Source of the DNA: Eledone cirrhosa
Taxonomy: Eukaryota
Direction of reading: 5' to 3'
Assembly: GCA_964016885.1 (NCBI GenBank)
Contig: OZ024741.1
Location: forward strand, 228,904,001 to 228,968,000
DNA length: 64,000 nt
Each line of letters starts with the position of its first letter. The first letter of the stretch is position 1. The position numbers and the translations under genes are program-made. Below the pieces are notes generated by a model. The model ran no database searches. It worked only from the letters and a program-made list of their open reading frames with translations, and was not told the DNA's origin. Shown here in pieces: positions 58,982-64,000 of this stretch.

Positions 58982-60480
58982 ACAGGGAGAAAAAGACAAT
59001 TATTATGAAGAAAACATTTTTTTTTCCTTTTTATTTTTTTTAAATAGAAATAGACATACACTACAAACCCACAGACTCCAAACAATACCTTCCATTCAAC
59101 TCGTGCCACTCTCGACATACCAAAATGGCAATTCCTTATAACCTAGCCAGAAGGATCTGCACAATAGTTTCAGATAAATACATATGCTACATACGACTAA
59201 GAGAATTTAAAACACACTTATCAGCAGAAACTACCCACCATCCCTAATCAACAACGGATTCCAACGTGCCCTAAAACTCGACATCCAGGAACTCTGACAC
59301 CCCAAACCCAGGAATGAACCTCAACGGAAAACTCTAGCATACATCTCCACACACAACCCCCTCAACAATGAGGCATTCGACACCATCTTCCAGAACATTC
59401 CTTTACAGTAACAAAATGCGGAAGGCCCAACTGTGGCATATGCATAAATCTAATAGAAGGTTCAACATTCAATTTTAAACAAGGACAACATTTCACAGTT
59501 AAACAACTTTACATGTGCATCTGAAAACCTAATCTATGTTTTCACCTGCTCAGGTTGCCAAGAGCACTACATAGGACAGACAAAAAACTGCCTCCGACAA
59601 CGAATGCCGTCCATATATCACAAATCAAAATACAGGAATACAGACAGATTGCCTTTAGTGAACATATCGCCAATTGTGCACAACCAACATCCAAACTTGA
59701 ACATTTTCCCTATTTACAAATTCATAGACAACGCTACTTTCATCCATCGTACCAATAATGAAACGTATTTCATTAACAAATTCCAACCTCTACTTAATGC
59801 ACTAAACTTCGGACTAAACTAAAACTGGAACGAACAATGAAACGTTTACAAATACCTATGTCTCTCTAAAGAGTTACCTCACCCACACCATACCTAATCC
59901 CTTTTTTAAATAAATTAAATATCATCCAGCATTTATCTCCCACCCTGAATTGCCTCCCCCTGCATATTAACTCTCTAAAAAGGGAAATCATATCAAACCC
60001 CAGTCCACCATTTGCCTCCCTCATGGATCAACTAAGCACTCTTGCTATATTAACACATTTTGAACTGCTTATCTTCAAGAACTATGCCTGTAAATAACAT
60101 TATTTTTCCTTTCACATTGCATTATTATGCGCCCCTTTTTTCTTTTTTCTTTTCACTTCATAAACCTTGTTTGTAAATAACATTATTCTTGCTGCACCAT
60201 TTCTTTAACATGTCCAATACCACCATTCTACACCAATACATATTATTATCATTTGATAATGCATAAAAATGCTGAAACCGGTAATAGACAATTATTAAAT
60301 ATATAAATAAAGAAAGAAATGCCATTGTTAATTGATAAATAAATCAACTAATACCTTAACACTTCACACAAAGTAAAATATTTCGTTTTAATCATTTTCT
60401 AACCCCCCAAAAAAAGAGAGAAAAAAATAAAAAGGGAAAAAAAAATTTTTTCTTCCTAATAATTGTCTTTTTCTCCCTGT

Positions 60481-60490
<10 letters not shown>
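58975..60490 (+). mobile_element. Penelope-like element (Neptune-like) remnant: RT thumb + CxxxxCxxC + GIY-YIG, with ~70-bp inverted termini
   Basis: [54 protein letters not shown]; 58975-59041 is inverted to 60420-60488. Confidence 0.85.
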
Positions 60491-60522
<32 letters not shown>

Positions 60523-61206
60523 ATGTATATATATACAGATGAAGTATATGGAGAATAGAAATGGCTGTGTAGTTGCTATTCAAGGTAACTTAAAATTCAG
60601 TGGAAATACGAAGAAAGCAAGAACGGGGGTCCTCATCAGCTGTCTACTGGGGGTCTCGGATATTTCTACGCTTTAAAGACAAGATATCTACCGCCCAGCG
60701 CGTTCAATAACTGGGTAAGTTATTGGGAAAACGGAAGACAAAGGGAAGAAAAGCAAAGGGGAAAAGAAAACAGTAACACAACAGCGAAAAACAACAACAA
60801 ATCTAGCAATATGCGAGCAACTATAGGTAGGAAATCCAAGAGCACTCGATAAGAGAGCTTAAGTTCAAGACTGAGTAGTCGCGAGGAAAGACACACGTCC
60901 GATCGCCACAGTTGTAAGTGAGAAGAGAACTGCTAAACGGTCAGGCGAGGGGGTGAAAGTGAGATGGAGAAAGGGAGGGGAAGAAAGTGGGGTAAGAATA
61001 GATAGGGAGAAGGGAAGGGGAAGAAAGAGAGGTGAGAGTAGAAAGTAGCGAAATAGGTAGGTAGAAGGGGAGAGAAGAATGGTCACAGCGAAAATATATA
61101 TCGACAGTCGATCGACTTTCATCAAATCGGACCGAGGAAACAATTTCCCGTTGGTCTTTCCAATTGCTAATACTATCTATCGGTCGCAACTCTAGGTAGA
61201 AGGAGC

Positions 61207-61840
<634 letters not shown>

Positions 61841-62282
61841 TCTCCTCTCTTCATAATGTATTATGTATATATATATATATATATATAAATATATATATAT
61901 AATACATTATGAAGAGAGAAGAAACATTATATATAATTAGTAATAAGATATATCATACCCAACTGCTTCTCTCGTCCCCGACTACGTAGTTTCGTGGCAT
62001 ATTATGCAAAAGCACTACATCACAGAGATATAGAATTTTTGTGAGGTCTGCCGACTTATCAAGAGGATACCTCATTAAGGGTTTCAAAACACGTCCGTAA
62101 GATGCGAGATAGAATCCCGAAAGGCGGAGGGGGAGTCAATCACGTGATACAGTGGTCAAGAAACAGAACTAAGCCTCTTATAACTCTGAAAAAAATACGA
62201 CGGAGGCGGAGGGGGTATTTATATCAAGGCCGTAGCAGTAGGGTATGATATATCTTATTACTATGATATATCTTGTCACACG

Positions 62283-64000
62283 TGACAGGTTCCCTAGCTT
62301 CCCTGTCCATGATGTATCGCATGAGGTGGAGGTTGTCGTGGATGGATCTGTCGGGAATGGCGCATGTCTGCGCCTCTCCCACCAGACCACCAACGACAAG
62401 CGCCAACCTCTTTGCTAGCACCTTGGCCAAAATCTTGAACTCTGTGTTTAGCAGAGTTATGGGCCTGAAATTATCTATGTTATCCCTCTTGTTCGGATCC
62501 TTTCTCAGCAGTGCCACAGCTCCTCGGCTCACAGAGCTGGGAATTCTCCCGTTCTGTTGCCAGTTGCAGTAGACGTCCGCCAAAAGGCCTCCGAACAAGT
62601 CTGGCATCTCTACGTAAAGTTCATAGGTCAGACAATCCAAACCAGGCGATTTACCCCTTGTGCAGCCAGTCATTGCCTCCCGTACTTCAGCGGTTGTTAT
62701 CGGCTTTTCACAACACTCCGCCTCAGAGACCGAGAGCCGCGGCAGTCCGTCGAGGTAGACACTAAAGTTCATCCCTCGACCCGGCCCACCGCTGCCCCCG
62801 AACAGCTGCGCGAAGTGTCGCTAAAAAGCTTCACACATTTGCCCGGGATCGAGTAGCATGCGCCCGTATGGTCCACCAAAGACCGGATCGTGGCTTTGTT
62901 ACCACGACGCGCCTCCGCCACTCGGGCCCATTGAACGGCCTTCGTCCCCTCGTGTTTGAGAGCACGCACCCTAGCTCTGACAACGCAGCCTTCGTGCTTT
63001 GCATTGAAGAATTGGTCACAGGCCAATTTCGCCGCAAATACGTCGGTTGCGATGCCTTTGCTAAGCGCCTCGTCTAATTTTCTAACTAGTTCTCCCTCTG
63101 CTCTATTTTTCTCTATAGCTAAAGCCTTACTAAACCTAATGGATTCTATTCTAATCGCTCTTTTCAGAGCAAACCACCACTTGTTATTGACGATGGCCTC
63201 CGTCAACGCCCGCTTAACTAGTTCGCTAATCCGGTCTCTGTAGGCCTTGCGCGCTGGTAAGGACGCGTTTAGCTTCCAGTAGCCGGGTCCTCGTCTATGA
63301 AGTCTATCTAAGTCAAGCACACAGATCATGAATTTGTGGTCCGTGTAGCTGACTATCTTGAATTGTGGACAGCCCATTCTAGACCTATCTATTTCCCTAC
63401 AAAATACTCTATCTAGATATAATCTGGATGACTCTATGCGATTTGTCCAAGTCCACATTGGCACATTCGGGAAATCCAATCAGTACCTGTCAGACAGTTC
63501 AAAACGCCTGAGCAGGTTGGTGTGGCTCTTGCACCCTCCACCCCTATCCGCTAATCCCACACAATCACAGCGTGCATCTAAGATCCCGTTCCAGTCGCCA
63601 ACTAACACTAAAGAGCGGGACGTTCTAAGAAAGGTCTCCAGACGCCCGAAGAAATCAGGCCGCCCTGCTCCTGTCGGGGCATAGACGGCCACTAGCCTGA
63701 AAGCTTGCCCGTCTCCGCTGGTCACGTCCAGCACCACCAACTTACGCTCTGGGTCCAAGAAGATGGCCCGTATGGCGAGATCCAAACCTCTCCGAAAAAG
63801 CACAGCAACTCCCCCCCCCCCCGATCCAGGACGGCTGGGAGATGCGTACACATCGTAGCCGCCGAAGATCGGTGCGAAGGCCCGTGCTTCGGAGATTCTG
63901 GTCTCGCTGATGGCCACTACATCTATGTTTAGTGACCTGATGTCGTTGAGCAGGTGACCCTGCTTCCATGACGACCCCAAGCCACGCGCATTTATGCTGC
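62283..64000 (-). mobile_element. L1/Tx1-like LINE ORF2 (APE + N-terminal RT), frameshifted, 3' truncated
   Basis: ISETRI, GGGGVAVL, AVYAP, GDWNG, YLDRV, TDHK, GPGYWKLN, KSPGLD, RPITLLN. Confidence 0.93.

Noticed and set aside
60575-60645. Minus-strand cagCTGATGAggacc
   Set aside because: No properly placed GAAA or stem II

Overview
AT-rich, microsatellite-saturated eukaryotic DNA; the SINE families look like those of octopod cephalopods, though this is recognised by eye and not by database search. No intact host gene is visible; one 84-nt candidate exon lies at 53882-53965. The window is a mosaic of decayed retroelements: L1/Tx1-like LINEs (APE+RT), R4/Dong-like RLE LINEs, RTE fragments, two types of Penelope-like elements (PLE, RT+GIY-YIG), three tRNA-derived SINE families, non-autonomous Helitrons and a hAT MITE. 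The most notable signal is non-coding. At least five unrelated short repeat families embedded in (TA)n tracts carry type I hammerhead ribozyme folds (CTGANGA...GAAA...NUH with closing stems I-III). One is a ~420-430 bp tandem unit with no coding capacity that resembles a retrozyme, and another is physically linked to a PLE ORF end. These modules often sit as fold-back inverted pairs. Many (TA)n tracts are also flanked by inverted duplications of arbitrary neighbouring DNA. Different retroelement classes appear to occupy different microsatellites: TA, ACAT and GATA.
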